The notes beneath the pieces are model-generated. The model saw only the letters and a program-made list of their open reading frames with translations, was not told the DNA's origin and did not search any database. A program made the translations under genes and the position numbers. From the NCBI GenBank assembly GCA_028534125.1, contig CM052817.1, forward strand, positions 29,142,001-29,206,000: a DNA stretch of 64,000 bases. Direction: 5' to 3'. The stretch is from Lama glama. Taxonomy: Eukaryota. Shown piece after piece: positions 37,571 to 51,447 of this stretch (positions within the stretch are counted from its first letter, which is position 1; each line of letters starts with the position of its first letter).

Positions 37571-38619
37571 TCCATGAATTTTTATAATGTATTTTAAATG
37601 AAATTGTTTTTATTGAAAGGATGCTGCTTTTTTTTTTTTTTTTTTTTGGCCTGGGCTCTGCATACCACAGAGTTAGCCACTTAGATGACATAACCCAAAC
37701 CGGTTAATTTCATGGCCAGTCTTCTTCATCTCCATTCACAATTCTGCCAAAGATTTCTGGCATTTTTTTTCTTCTCCCCTACTTATGACCCACTACTGCC
37801 CACTTGGTGTTGCAGTAACAGTCATTCTCAATTTCTAGAAATGGAAAGCTTTATCTAATTAAAAGAAAAACAAGTCTTGCAGATCAAGGAATGGTCCTAA
37901 TTGACGATTGATGTATTTCTTTTGTGTACTCAGAAAGATGCCATTCACCTCTATCCTGCTTCCTGAAACACCTTATACTACTTTCTTGGCAGACATTTAG
38001 AACACCTGCCCATAAACCATAGATGAAAAAACGAAATGGAGCCCTCTGTATTAATGTTCTAGGCGGCAACTGGTTGAGGTTGTGTTTGTTCTTGTAAAAC
38101 TACGAAACTACTGCTCAGAGTTGACTCAGTTTTGATGGAAGAGATTGATTTCTTGGCAATATTTTCAATTCCTCTACCCCATGCTGATAGCAGCTGGGTC
38201 AGAAACACACTCAGCATTGCCTTCATGCTTGATAGTTATAGTTGTGACCATGTTAATTAGCAGCCTGTCAAATTGCACAATGGGGACACTGTATAGCACT
38301 GAGACTGATTATAGTCTTGCCTTCCTTGGGAAGACTTGCTTGGAAGTCGTGTGCAATTTATAATTAAAGTTCAAGTCACCCTTGGTAAATGATCTATTTT
38401 TTCTAGTATAAAATTCTATTTCACTTTCATTTTGATTAAATCTTTTACAAGTTAGGTATATCTGGCAATGTGATCCTAAGGGTCTCATATTCTGTGGCGT
38501 ATGACAGGAATGAGAAGATAAGAACATTCTACATGTGACTTATTCTTATAAAACGTTTCAGTACATGAAATAAAATGTTTTTAAATGCAAGAAGAATTTG
38601 CATCTTTATATTTAAAATA

Positions 38620-40500
38620 TACTTTGTTCAGAAGCACACAAAACAAATATATATTATCAAATGCAAAATAAACAACCAGGAAATCACATCCACTACCAGT
38701 TACTAAAGCCTGGATCACCATCCCTGCCTCCAAAGTAAGCACTCTTTGACTTTCATAACATATGCTTTATTTTGTTTGTAGTTTTTTTCACTGAAGCACA
38801 AATCTCTAATCATTAGACTATAGTCTTACCTCATGTGGAACTTCATGTAAATCAAACCATACAATGAATATTTTATTTTTTAAGGCTGCTTTTGCTCAGT
38901 GTCTGTTTGTGAGACTCACCCCTTTTGTTGTTGCAGAGGTGGTTGGCTCATTTTTATTGGTGCATAATATTCTGTTGTTTGAGTCTTCCACAATCTGTTA
39001 TCTATTTTAATGTTGATAGATACTTGGGCCTTTTCCAGTTTGAGGTGTTTATAAGTAGTCAGCATATTTGTAAATGTCTTTTGCTGCACATGTGAACACA
39101 TTTTTCCTGGATATATACCTTGCAGTAGAATTCCTGTTAAAGTGTGTGCATATATTCAATTTAAGCAGCTGATACTAAACTGTTTCCATAGCAACTGTAC
39201 CAGTTTATTATGTCACCAGCAATGTATGGTAGTTCCTGTTGTTTTACTTGCTAATACTTGGCTGTAAGTCTTAATTTTAGCCATCTGTGGATTTCTAGTA
39301 GTATCTCTTTGTGATTTTAATTTGCATTTTTCTGATTTTTCTAGAACAAAATATTTTCATATATTTATTGGCCACTAAAATATCTTCTTTACGAAGTACC
39401 TATTCCACTGTTACTTATTTTCTCTTTGGACTGGCTAGCGTTTAATTTTTGACTTGTAAGAGCTCTTTATGTATTCAGATGTGCGTGTGTGTTATATCTT
39501 TTGCATATTGGTTTGCCTTTCACTCTCTTGATGATATCTTTTGAAGAATGTAAGTCCTTAATTTTTATGTAGTCCAATCTTTAAATCTTTTTTCTTTATG
39601 TTTACTACTTCTGGGGTCCTGTTTAAAAAGCTTTTTCCTACCCCAAGGTCATGAAGATATACTCTTATATGACATTCTGAAAATTTACAGTTTTGTCTTT
39701 TACATTTATAGCTGCACAACACTAAGTTTTGATATTTACATATGATGTGAGGTAGGGGTACATTTTGGTTTTTTCCCCATATTTTGTCCAATTGTTTCCA
39801 AGGATTATTTATTGAAAAGTCTTCCCTCCTAGGAGTGTTCTACAATGCTGCCATTATTTTGAATTAAATGTTCATATGTGCATGGAGCCCTTTCTGGGAT
39901 CTTTCAAAATCAATTCTAGTTGTCTGTTTGTATATCCCGGCATTAATATCATGCTGTTTTAATTAAAATGTTGCTTTAAAATAAATCTTTACATCATGTG
40001 TTAAAGCAAACCTTTCTCCTTCTTCTATCTTGAATAGTATCTTGATTATTTCCTAGTCCATTGCATTAAATTTAAATTTCAGGATAATTTATAAATTTAA
40101 TTCACATACTCCCACTCTGTTGTAATTGTATCGATTTCTTTAGAAGTTTGAGAAGAATTGATATCCCAGTAATATCGTCTTCCCACGAATAAACATGTTA
40201 ACCTCTACATTTATCTACATTTATCTAGGTCTTTAATTTCTGTCAGTATTGTGTTATCATTTTCTCTGTAGAGATCTTACACATCTGCTATCAGATTTTC
40301 TATATTTCATAATTTTGATGCTCTGTAAATAGTATGTTCACAAACATTTTTTATTTTCTAATGATTTGTTGTGGGTATTTATAGAAACATAGTATGTTAT
40401 TTCATGTTAAATTTATAATCATAAACTATTCTAAAATAATATATCAATTCTAAAAGTGTATGTGTGGATTGATTTATATTTTCTCTGTACATTGTCACCT
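38620..40500 (-). mobile_element. Old L1 (L1ME-like) 3' UTR and ORF2
   Basis: Continuous antisense L1-like sequence; translation includes YLHDLGVGKSFLN. Confidence 0.8.
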
Positions 40501-40509
40501 TATAGAATA

Positions 40510-40690
40510 GTATGGGATAGTGGTTAAGATACGTTCTACAAGTGGGCTGTCTAAATTCTAATTCCAGCTCTGCCACTTTTTTGGCAGGCCTTTGGCAAGC
40601 TATTTAAACTTTCCCAGTTTTGTTATCTTATCTGTTAAACTGCTATAATAATAGAATCTATCTCATAAGGATTTTATGAGGTTTAATTAG
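40510..40690 (+). mobile_element. MIR SINE
   Basis: atagtggttaaga...aattccagctctgccact...atctcataaggattttatgagg. Confidence 0.75.
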
Positions 40691-40784
40691 GTGCTAAGCT
40701 GGGAGAGCTTCCTGAGGAAGCTGGCTAGTGATAGCTAGGAAACCAGGAACAGGCACCAAGAGTGCATCTCTATATGGTTAAATA

Positions 40785-41590
40785 CAAGCTTTTACAGTAG
40801 TTTTAGGTTTCTAGAAAAATTACGAAGATAATACATAAAGGTCCCATATAGCCCACATCCAGTTTCCTCTATTATTCATGTCTTACATTAATGTTTTTTT
40901 CCTGTTCCAGGATTCTATCCAAGGTACCACAACAACATTTAGTTGTCACATCTCTTTAGGTTTCACTAGACTGTGACAGTTTCTTAGACTTTTCTTGCTT
41001 TTGATGACCTTGAGAATTTTGTAAGTATTGGTCGGGTATTTTTGCAGGATGTCCCTCAATTTGAGTTCGGGCGATCTTTTTCTCATGCTTAAATGAGGGT
41101 TATGCATTTTGGGGAGGAAGACCACAGAAGTAAAATGCCATTCTCATCACATCATATCTAGGGTATATACTATCAAAATGTTTGCTGTGGTTAATGGTAA
41201 CCTCGAGCACTTGGCCTGATAGTGTTTGTCAGGTTTCTCCACTGCTGAGTTCCTGTTCTTTCTCTCTCCATACTGTATTCATTGAAGGGGAGTCACTACG
41301 GGCAGCCTACATTTTGGGAGTGGGGAGTTATTCCACCTTCTTGAGGACACAGTATCTACATAAATTATTTGAAATTCTTTTGTGTGGGAGACTTGCCTCT
41401 TTTTTTCCCATTTATTTATTCAGTCATTTATTTGTATCAGTATGAATTTAGATCTACTTATTTTATGCTTTGGGTTATAATCCAATAGCACTTCACTTAT
41501 TTTGTTCAAATTGTTTCAGCTTTGGCCATTGGGAGCTCCTTTAATCAACTCTTGTGTCTCTTTCATAGATATACCACCATCAATGTATCC
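40785..41590 (-). mobile_element. L1MC/L1MD-type 3' UTR
   Basis: agttttaggtttctagaaaaatt...gaagaccacagaagtaaaatgccattctcatcacatcat...tttggccattgggagctc. Confidence 0.7.
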
Positions 41591-42837
41591 TTTCTCTTCT
41601 TTTCTGTCTGTCTGTTGGAGCCCTCATATAAAGTGTGAAAAAATTTAAAATGCCTCTAGTGGAGAATAAGAAAAACAATAAAACAGTATGCCCTGAAGAA
41701 ATTCTAAAGGGGTGAGGCTTTACTTTCTGCAGAAAGGTAAAGTGAGGGAACACCTAATTGCCTTAAAGTATACGATGTGCTATATTATAGCGAGCTGGTA
41801 CTGCTAATCACAGTTCGAAGGGAAATGGACAAGAACTTTTTTTTTTTTGAGTATATAGTTGTGAGACTTTAGAATTGCTAAGGCAATCTTTCTCTGATTG
41901 TTACACTAAAAAAGAAAAAAAAACATTAAAAAGAAGAGGAGGTTTTAGGGTAACTGTGGGAGAAACTCATTTTTAGCACATACTTACACTATATTCCTGA
42001 CACTTTGCATATGTTGTGTCACTTGCACAATAGCCACCTTCATCAGATATTCTCTGCTCGAAGGCTAGGGAATAAACTCAACAGCCTGTTGTTCACATGC
42101 TGCACTGTAATTCTATGAATCATCAAGAGCCAAAGGAGAATTTCATGAAGCAAGGAACATTACTTATCTTTACAGAAAGAAGTCAAGTTATATCCACATT
42201 CCATAGGAATGAATTTCTTGCTACTCTTCTTCGTAAATTTCTGATAATAAGCAGTGAGGTACAAAGAATAAGATGTGGAGCACAGCTTGTTCCAAGTCTA
42301 TCAGTTGCGAAGTGCCCTTTTCTCTTCCATTACCAAGAGCACATCACTGACTTCTGTAATCTAACCTCCTGTTAATGATAAACACGATTCACCAGTGAAA
42401 AAAGAGTGGTTCCATGGACCTTTGCTTCATGTCACACATGATGCTTGGAGACTCCAACTGGGGCCAATTCTGTTCTCTCTGCTGTGCTTCTGACCTTAGA
42501 TATCACCTGTGTGTGGTTCAAGGAATGAGGTTCTCAGGAGGAATCACACAGTCATTTTCCCCTAGAATTTAAGAGATCTTAGGGACTAGTCATACTATTA
42601 CCAGGCAAGGCAGGGATTCTTGGCTTCCAGGGCTCCGTGCCCTGCTAACAACTTAATAATTTCAGTCTCTTGTTTCTGACTTGGAGCCCAGAATAAAGAG
42701 AGGTTTTGTGGCTGCTGAAGTATTTCCAAAGCCCCTAGACTTGCATGTTTTCCTTAAGAAGGGTTCTGTAACCCATAGTGAGAGAGTTAGGTACTTTCCT
42801 GCGTTTTAATGAGCTTTCTAAACACAATTTCTATCAT

Positions 42838-43277
42838 GTTGGTATATTCATTTCTTAGGAATGCCTTAATAAATTATCACTTAATTTGGTGACTTAGAAT
42901 AACGGAAACATATCTGCTCAGTCTAGAAGTCTGAAATCTCCGTTTGGGTGGTGCTGTGCCCCCAATGAAGGCTCCAGGGAAAACCCTTTCTTGTTTCTTC
43001 CTAGCGTCTGGGGGCTCACAGCAATCTTTGGCCTTCCTTGAGTTATAAGTGCATCTCTCCTCTCCAGTCTCAACACAATCTTTTCTGTGTGTCTCTGTAT
43101 CTCTGTTTTCTCCTCTTCTTAACACGGTCCCCAGACATTGGATTTAGTCTCCCTCTAATCCAGTGTGACCTCCTTTACCTTAACTAACTACATCTGCAAG
43201 GACTTTATTTCCAAATAAGGTTAATTCTGAGGTTCTGGGAAGACATGAGTTTTTGAGGACACTATTCAACCTATTAT
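42838..43277 (-). mobile_element. MaLR solo LTR (MLT1C-like)
   Basis: tacatctgcaaggactttatttccaaataaggtt..ttctgaggttctggg...gacactattcaacc. Confidence 0.85.
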
Positions 43278-43769
43278 GCTCGGTTATTTCTTTTCTCAGT
43301 GGAAAGCAAATTAGGAGAACAGTCCGGGACAGGTTAAACGGACTTCTGAGGCTGTGCGTGGAAAACAATGAGAAATGCTGCTGACAACCTGACAGTGAGG
43401 GCAAGGCTGAAACTCTCAAATGCCCTTAGGATGTTTTGTGCACATTACATCCAAGGCCCCAAACATCTGAGAATTGTTCTATCAAGAACATGTTTATGTG
43501 GAGCTTTGTCCCATTACTAGTTCTTAGAGACCATTTTATAAATGTCAGCTTAATTTTCCTGAATGAAACATATTACTTTTCTATAAAGCAAAATATTCCT
43601 AACAAATCTTTGATTTTCTGTTAATCTCATTTTCTCATCTAAAATGTAAACTCCTTAAGAAAAAAAAAAGATGATAGATGTATTATTTCCAACATCAGCT
43701 AGCATGATTTATCAATAATATCAGGCATTTATGGAGCATGTCCTAATTAGAAGATTCTACATCATAATT

Positions 43770-44220
43770 ATTAGGAGGGCAAAATCTGGTAACAAACTGT
43801 CTAGATTTGAAGCACGGCTTTACACCTTACTCACTGTGCCTTAGTTTCCTCATCTGCAAAATGGAAAATATAGTGGTACCTATTTCATATAAAGATTAAA
43901 TGAATATATGGGTATATGTAAGTATTGCTATATGTATATGTAGGTATTTTTATAATATAAACATATTACGTATTATATATTATGCAAGTATTATATGCTT
44001 GCTATTCAAACTTCTAAATGTTTTATTGAATCAGGTCATATAATCTTCACAACTAACCTTTGAGTTAAGTATCATTTTGATCATCTCTGTTCTATAAATG
44101 AGAGAAAATGGTATTACCTCCCACAAAGGTAAGTGACTGGCTGAAGCCCCCACAATAGAGTAGTTAGGATACGAATCTAGGCAGTCTAGTTTCAGAGCCC
44201 ATCCCATTACTTACTGTAGA
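43770..44220. mobile_element. Two MIR fragments in opposite orientation separated by an AT-rich tract
   Basis: ccttagtttcctcatctgcaaaatgg (+, ~43840) and gaatctaggcagtctagtttcagagccc (-, ~44175). Confidence 0.7.
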
Positions 44221-44377
44221 ACATTGCCTCTCTATTTTATAAGTAACTAATTACTTTTATTTTACAGAGAATTAATAAACACTTGCTGATTAATTAAGTC
44301 TATGCTCTGATTCCTGCTGGTTTGACTTGCTCATGAACCTCTCAAATTTATGTTGTTTTTAAGTGGCTATAGGTCAC

Positions 44378-44905
44378 TTTATTAGCTATCTATTGCTACC
44401 TAACAAGTTACCCCAAATCTTAGTGGTTTAAAAGAACAGTAATCATTTATTATCTCTCGCCATTTCTGTGGGTCAAGAATTCAGAACAGTCTGGCTGGGC
44501 AGGTTCTGGTTCAGGCCCTCTTCTTGGGTTGCAGTCGGATGTTGGCTGGGGTGGAGGGTGTCTGAAGCCTTGGCTGGCCCTGGAGAATCTCCTTCCAAGG
44601 TTGCTCATTCCTGCAGTGGGCAAGTTGGTGCTGACAGTGGAAGCGGAGCTCAGTCCCTCCTCACATGGGCTCTCCACAGGGCCACTTGGGCATCTTCATG
44701 GAACACAGCTGGATCTTTTCCAGAGGAAACCATCTATGAGAATAGTGAAAAAGTTCCAATGACTTTTACAGCCTTTGCTTGGAAGTCAAAAACCTTCTTT
44801 ACTTCTGCTGTGTTCTTCTGGTCTCAGAGAGCAGCCCCAGTAAACATGCAGAAGACTCCACAAAGGCTTGGGGTTTATGAGGGGACATTTTGGAGGCCAG
44901 ATGCC
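44378..44905 (-). mobile_element. MaLR solo LTR (MLT1F/G-like)
   Basis: tattagctatctattgctacctaacaagttaccccaaa...ttctgtgggtcaagaattcagaacag...catgggctctccacaggg. Confidence 0.85.
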
Positions 44906-47231
44906 AGAGTCACACATACACAGCGTGCTTCCTTCTCCAGCCTCTCAGTGTTGGTAGTCCCTTCCCTTCCTCTGGGGAGATGACTTCTGAATTCCACAGT
45001 AACCTGTCCCTGCAACTTACCTCCCCTTAGATTTACAACAGTAGGAAGGTGACCTCCCCAAGGGCAATCAGGTATCACTCCCAACAGTTTTATTCCTGCA
45101 TGGAAACAGATTCAAAGATCGTCTGCATAAATCATCCAGTGAGTACATGGGGAGGTTGTCTAGAAATTTCTGTTGCTCCCCTGGTTCCTGCTCTTTTCAC
45201 AGCCTGAGTATTCAGTTCTTTCGGAACTTTTTTCTTAAGTAAATCAGAGTTGGTACTTTTTCATCATCATCAGAAAGTCCTAATTGATATAGTTACTTTC
45301 AATATGTACCCCACCCCCAAGGATAAAATATGTAGTGGATAAAACAGTCAGGAAGCCTTTTGTTGTTGTAGTTTTTTGGTCTCCCAGGCAAGTGGACCAT
45401 TTTGCTTTGGGAGACATGTGGTCCCTGAGACGGACTTTGGAGACCTGCATTAGAGACACCTCCCATCTCTTCTTTTGTCAGGCCCTGCCATCCCAGTCTC
45501 CATACCGAAAGACTACATGCCTTCCAAATCTGGGTTTGCTGTTAATAGAAATTCTGTTCATAAAGGTATCTGTTAATTTAGTTAACATTTTAAACGCATG
45601 ATTTAGTTCTGTATGTGTAAAAGTCAAAATATGTCTCCAACTTATATATTACTAATATTTCATTAACTATCCTGAAAAAGTCAAAGTCTTTGGTAAATGT
45701 ATTACTGTCTCAGATGCTGAAAGATTCCTCCATACTAATATGCACAAGAATTTTCCTTTGTAAAAAAGATTTTTTTAATGTAAATCCATTTCAAATGAGC
45801 TGGTCTTCTTGATTTCATTAATATAAACCACGAACACCAACTTCTAAAATACACTTTCTCAGCTGGAAGTGTATCTTATTAGTTAGTCTTCAAAGCTAAT
45901 AGAAATAGACATTGTGTTCCAGCCTTTTTACAACCTGAAAAACAAGCTGAGGGGAAGAAGGGATACAATTATGTGTGGGAAGGTAAAAACAAGGATAATA
46001 GCTTCTGGCACATTGTTAGCTAAAAGTGTGTGTGGGTGTTGACGACACCGCTGGCTGAGAAGCAAATATAAGGATATTCATGTAAGGTGCTTCCTAAACA
46101 TTTTCCCACCAAGCTAATGGTGTTGAAGTCTTTTCCTGAAATGGTTAATTAGTATGTAAATCTGACATTTTATGTAAACAAATCACATGTAACATGATGA
46201 ATCAAGGACTAGCAGAACAAAGGCTACTGGACTGTATTTAGTTTGATAATGGGATTTCCGTATATTCGAAGACCCCAGCTGCTTCCTGTCGTTTGCTCAT
46301 GTCTTGAGTTTGCTGTGGATATTGATAGTCCCTGGGAACAACCTTGCACACGTGGGTACACACATGAACTTTTGCAGGATGTACCAGCTTTCTTTTGCAC
46401 CCACCTAGGTGCTTGCCTGTTTCATGTGTGTGATGGCTGTGCTCTGATGGCTGGTAGGGTTAGCATATGTACAGGTCTGTGTAAGTACCTATAGCCATGC
46501 ATATATGTGCATACCTGTTGGCATGTTTTAGTCTCTGTATGGGTCTTGCATGTGTCTTTGTGTATCTTCTTATATGTCTCCTTATTCATTATCCATTTCA
46601 TTACATACTCACTAGTTATTACTTCCTCACACCTCTAGTATTTTGTTTCTCTTTCTTTCACCTCATCACCCCAATACAGGGTTCACATAACCCTTTTCAA
46701 TCATGTAAGCCCCTCTTAGGTTAAATGACTGTTTGAGAATCGAGTCCATTTCTCCCCCTTCCCTTTTTCCTGAATCGTTCCTCTGTACTTTACAAAAATC
46801 TCTCCACTATTGTTGGTTGACTGTATCCAAGACACATCTTCCCTATTTGGGAGAAGAGAGGAGCAAAAGAGAAATAACTGATATTCCATGAGAGGGAAGT
46901 ATAAGTCAAAAAGATATATGGGTGACTTCTTTTGGCATAGTGATTTAAAAAGTTACATAGAAGGAATATGTTCCTGTATTCACCCAGTACTTATTGATTT
47001 TCCTCTGTGTCCAAGGTAGTGTTATGGGCAATATTTAACAATGATAATGGCATTGAAGCCTTCAAATTTTTCTGAAAGTTGTGCCAAAAGAAAAATATTC
47101 AAATAAGTGATTTATTTGTCCAATAGGAAGATACCTCTTAAAAGATAGTTCTAGTGGAAAGAGCACTGGGCTGGGAGACAGTATCTGCACAGAAACCTCA
47201 GCCCTCCAAATAATGGCCTCTCAAACAGTGC

Positions 47232-47685
47232 ATCAAAAAATGCAGAAGACCTAAACAAACATTTCTCCAATGAAGACATACAAATGGTCAATAGGTACAT
47301 GAAAAAATGCTCATTATTGCTAATTATCAGAGAAATACAAATCAAAACTGCGATGAGGTATCACCTCACACCAGTCAGAATGGCCATGATTAAGAAGTCC
47401 ACAAATGATAAATGTTGGAGAGGGTATGGAAAAAGGGAACCTTCCTACACTGTTGGGGGAATGTGGTTTGGTGCAGCCATTAGGGAAAGTATGGAGAGTC
47501 CTCAAAAACTGAAAATAGTACTTGTCATATGATCCAGCAATCCCACTTCTGGGCATATATCTTGAGAGAATTCTAATTTGAAAAGATACATTCACCCCAA
47601 TGTTCATAGCAGCACTATTTACAGCAGCCAACACATGGAAGTAACCTAAATGTCCATTGACAGATGACTAGATTGAAAAGTTGTG

Positions 47686-47742
<57 letters not shown>

Positions 47743-48240
47743 GTGGTGTGTATATATATATATTATAATATATATATATATTACTCAGCCATAAAAAAGA
47801 ATAAAATAATGTCATTTGTAGCAACAAGGATGGACCTGGAGACTGTCACACTAAGTGAAGTAAGCCAGAAAAAGAAAGAAAACACCATATGGTGTCACTT
47901 ATATGTGGAATCTAGAAAAAATGACACAAATGAACTTTTTTAATGAAATAGAAACAGACTCACAGACATAGCAAACAAACTTACGGCTACCAGGGGTAAG
48001 GGGAAGGTGGAGGGATAAAGTGGGATTTTGGGACTTGCAGATACTAACTACTATATATAAAATAGATAAACAACAATTTCCTACTGTATAGCACAGGGAA
48101 CTATAGTCAATATCTTATAATAGCCTATAATGAAAAAGAATATGAGAAGGAATATATGTATATATATCTGAATCACTGTACTGTACACCAAAAATTAGCA
48201 CAACATTGTAAGCCAACTATATACTTCAATAAAAAAAAAT
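47232..48240 (+). mobile_element. Lineage-specific L1 ORF2 3' end, 3' UTR and A-tail, with internal (TA)n expansion at ~47690-47780
   Basis: [31 protein letters not shown]...KCWRG is L1 ORF2; ends aataaaaaaaaa. Confidence 0.93.
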
Positions 48241-48259
48241 TACTGGCTTCTCCATGCTG

Positions 48260-48780
48260 TAGTCAGAATCTTTATTTTTGAATGTAAACCTGATCACCTT
48301 GTATCTCTTTGTTCTTTAATTGCTTCTTATTGTCCATAGGATAAAGATGGCAGCCTTTAACACGGCCGACAGATCCTGTGTAGTCTGGCTCTGCCCACTT
48401 CTCTGCTCTCATCTGTCAGTACTGCTCCCCTAACGCTGCTTGCTCTGGGAGCTGCAGCCATAGTTTATTTAATAGATAATTTCTCTATCTCTCAGGACCT
48501 TTGTGCAAGCTCTCTAAAACACCTTTCCTTTCCTTGTCTTTTAAACTTCCACTCATCTCACTTAAAGCACATTAGGTAGATTCATGAAACAGATTCATGA
48601 AACCATGTTGCTCCCTTTAGATCACTTACCTCCATTTTAATTGTATACTTATTTGTGTGATTAATGTTGGCCACTCCCACTCGACTATCTGTGTCCATGA
48701 CCATTGGCTCCCCTGTGCCTGTCACAGTTTCTGACACACATTTTTTGAAAAGTTGAATGATTGGAGGAATTTATTTAACT
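48260..48780 (+). mobile_element. L2 3' portion
   Basis: caggacctttgtgcaagct...cccctgtgcct...gttgaatga. Confidence 0.65.
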
Positions 48781-50149
48781 GATCTGAAACAAAATTTTTA
48801 CCAAATGTAGGATGAAGATAATAACAGAATAGAATGGGTAGGTCAGCTGAGAGAATGTGCATTAAATCTTTCCAGAATGCTATTAAATAAAGGATCAGGA
48901 TAATGATTATAAGTGTAATAATAACCAAGCGGAATTGCTATTCTAATTAATTTGGTCAATAGAGAAGTGGTCGGTGATGTGGGTGTGAAAATAGCTTGAA
49001 GAGAAATTATTATGTCTTGCAGAAAGGAAACAATCTTCGTGTTTATATCTATCTCTAGCTCTGTCTCTGTCTCTATCTCTGTATCTAAAGATATGTTAAA
49101 AGGAAATTTTAAAGATGCAAATTTCTTCCTTTTGTCCTCGCTTCTAACTGCAATCTGCTTTTGTAGCCACTTGAAAGAATTTTTTCTTTTCAGCTCATCT
49201 GTGGTCATCATACTGACTCTCCAAATTATATGTTGTTTCTATTTCTTGATTTATCAACTTTCAAAAGTAGCTACTGGGTTTAGATCATCACACTAACTTC
49301 CACTTTTCCCCTTTCTAGTATCCAATTACTATTATTTATACTATTTATGATTCTTCTAGTATTAGATGTGTGACTTTAAGTAATATTTTTCAACAGATGT
49401 TTCTTGATTCAGGTAATTTAGGAGTCCTCATTGACCTCAATTTACACGAGATAAAGTAGTATACTTACATGTTTCTTTAATTCTCCTTGCCCTCTCCATT
49501 TCCTCAATTCTGTCAGCCACACCATTGTTTGATTTTTGCCAACTTATATTCTGTTTCAGTTTTTCAAGTTTTATGTTATTGTCTGTGTTTTCACTAACGG
49601 TTCATTTAAAAAACTGAATATGAATCAACCTCATGAAACAGTAACACTATGTAAATGTGATAAATATTATGCATAAGCGATATTAAAACAAATAAATATT
49701 ATTTCACCAAAAGAACAGTAATGGAGGCCATTGAAAAGCAGACGTAATCCTAAGGAACTGAAACTGTGTCAAGCGAAAAAGAACATTACAAGTTCTTGAC
49801 ACGCAAAATCGTGTTATAGTTCAGTGTTCAGTGTGTAGTCAATGAGTTTTTTATTCAGCTTTTTGTTCTGCAAAGAGTCTCTAACTGTCTGTCTTGTTAC
49901 TGGCAGCACAGCACCCCATGAGTTTAGTCATATTGGTAAAATCGTTCAAGATCTTAATAATACAGATTGTGGAATGAAATCCATCTTCTTCTTAAGGAAA
50001 TTTTTTATAGAATCCTCTGGCTTCCTGTTTTCATCTGAACTGATTGCCCAGAGATTACATGGCATAATTTCAGTGAATCCAAATGTGCTTCTCTTTCTTG
50101 ATTTTTTTTTCTTTACTTTTCTGTAATACAAACTCAAGTTTTTGTAAGA

Positions 50150-50990
50150 TGCCTGCAAGCAGGCAGTTATTCTTAGTCTCGAAGGTCTGAAAATGCATTT
50201 TATTTCCCTTTAGATTTGATTGCTATTTTGACTGTGTATGGAATTCCAGCTTCAAACTAATTTTCCATCAGAAGTTCTAACGGCGTCTTTCCATTGTCTT
50301 CCTGCCTTCCGTTTGGCTAACGAGAAGCTTGATGTCAATCAGATTCTTTTTCCTTTGTAGATAATCTAAACTTACTTTCTCAGGATTTTAAGCATATTCT
50401 TTTTATTTGGGGATTGAAATTCTAGCAGGATTTGCATCCATAGGGATTAAACTTTCCTTCGTATTTTTGGCATAAAGTAGGATCTTTCATTCTGGAGACT
50501 GTACTTTCCTTCAGCTCCGGAAGTACATATTTTTAAAATTTTTTCTCCTCTTCCCATTTTATGTACTCTTTTCTAGAATTCCTCTTAGATATTTTCCTTC
50601 TTGTGTTGATTCCCTCTACCCCATCTCCTCACCTTACTAATTTGCATCATTTTTGTCATTTTGCTTTATGATTATTTATTAATTCATTAATATATTAATC
50701 CATATTTATTGAATACCTCCTAAGTAAATAGTGAGCTCTATGTTCTATGAGTACACTAGGAAACAGGCAAAATTCCCTGCCCTTATATTATAGGGTCTAA
50801 CACTACTTAGGTATTCTCAGAGCTCGCCTCAGCTCAGTCTTAGAGAACAGTAATTTTGTCTTTATCTGTGTTGATCTTATTTTTTTCTTCTACTGAAATT
50901 TTAAATGTCAGTTATCATATTTCCAATGTATAAATTTCTTCTTCTTTTTTTTTTATTATGGTCGCCTCTAGTTTTAAGGTTCAATTTCTA
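50150..50990 (-). mobile_element. Very old L1 fragments with a short nested L2 end (~50680-50790)
   Basis: tctgaaaatgcattttatttccc...ccattgtcttcctgccttcc...gagaagcttgatgtcaatc is antisense L1-like. Confidence 0.6.
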
Positions 50991-51447
50991 CTCAAATAGA
51001 ACCCAAATTGCTTATTATACCACTATCTACCTACCTACCCATTTCTACTAGAAAGTTGCAATCTCAGTTCCAGGGAGGTATGGGTAGTGAGGACGGAGTT
51101 ATAAGGACATGGAATTCAGTTATAGCTATAGGGTCTAGGAAAATAGAAAATGTGAACTTGGGCTTCTTGCCTCATTTAAAAGACTTCCATAAGCAGGAGG
51201 TAAACCTAGAATATGTTTCCCCAGCAAAGATGTGGAAAACTAAGATTTTTTTTAAAGAACTCTGAAGTCGTTGGCCAACTTGTGAATTCCGTCCAAGATG
51301 AAGTCAGTGATTTCCCTGCCAATGGTGCAATGCCCTTGGGCACAGTTATTGGGAGAATTTTCCTTGCCACTGATGTGCTACACAGGGTAGAAGAGCCATT
51401 GGTACAAACATCATTAAAAAATGAGTGTTTCAGGTCTACAAACACTA

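Noticed and set aside
44468..44983. Longest ORF in the track (171 aa)
   Set aside because: Lies mostly within an MLT1 LTR, begins at GTG rather than ATG, and has no recognisable domain.
48578..48603. 13-bp tandem duplication agattcatgaaac
   Set aside because: Real, but an ordinary slippage event inside an L2 remnant.
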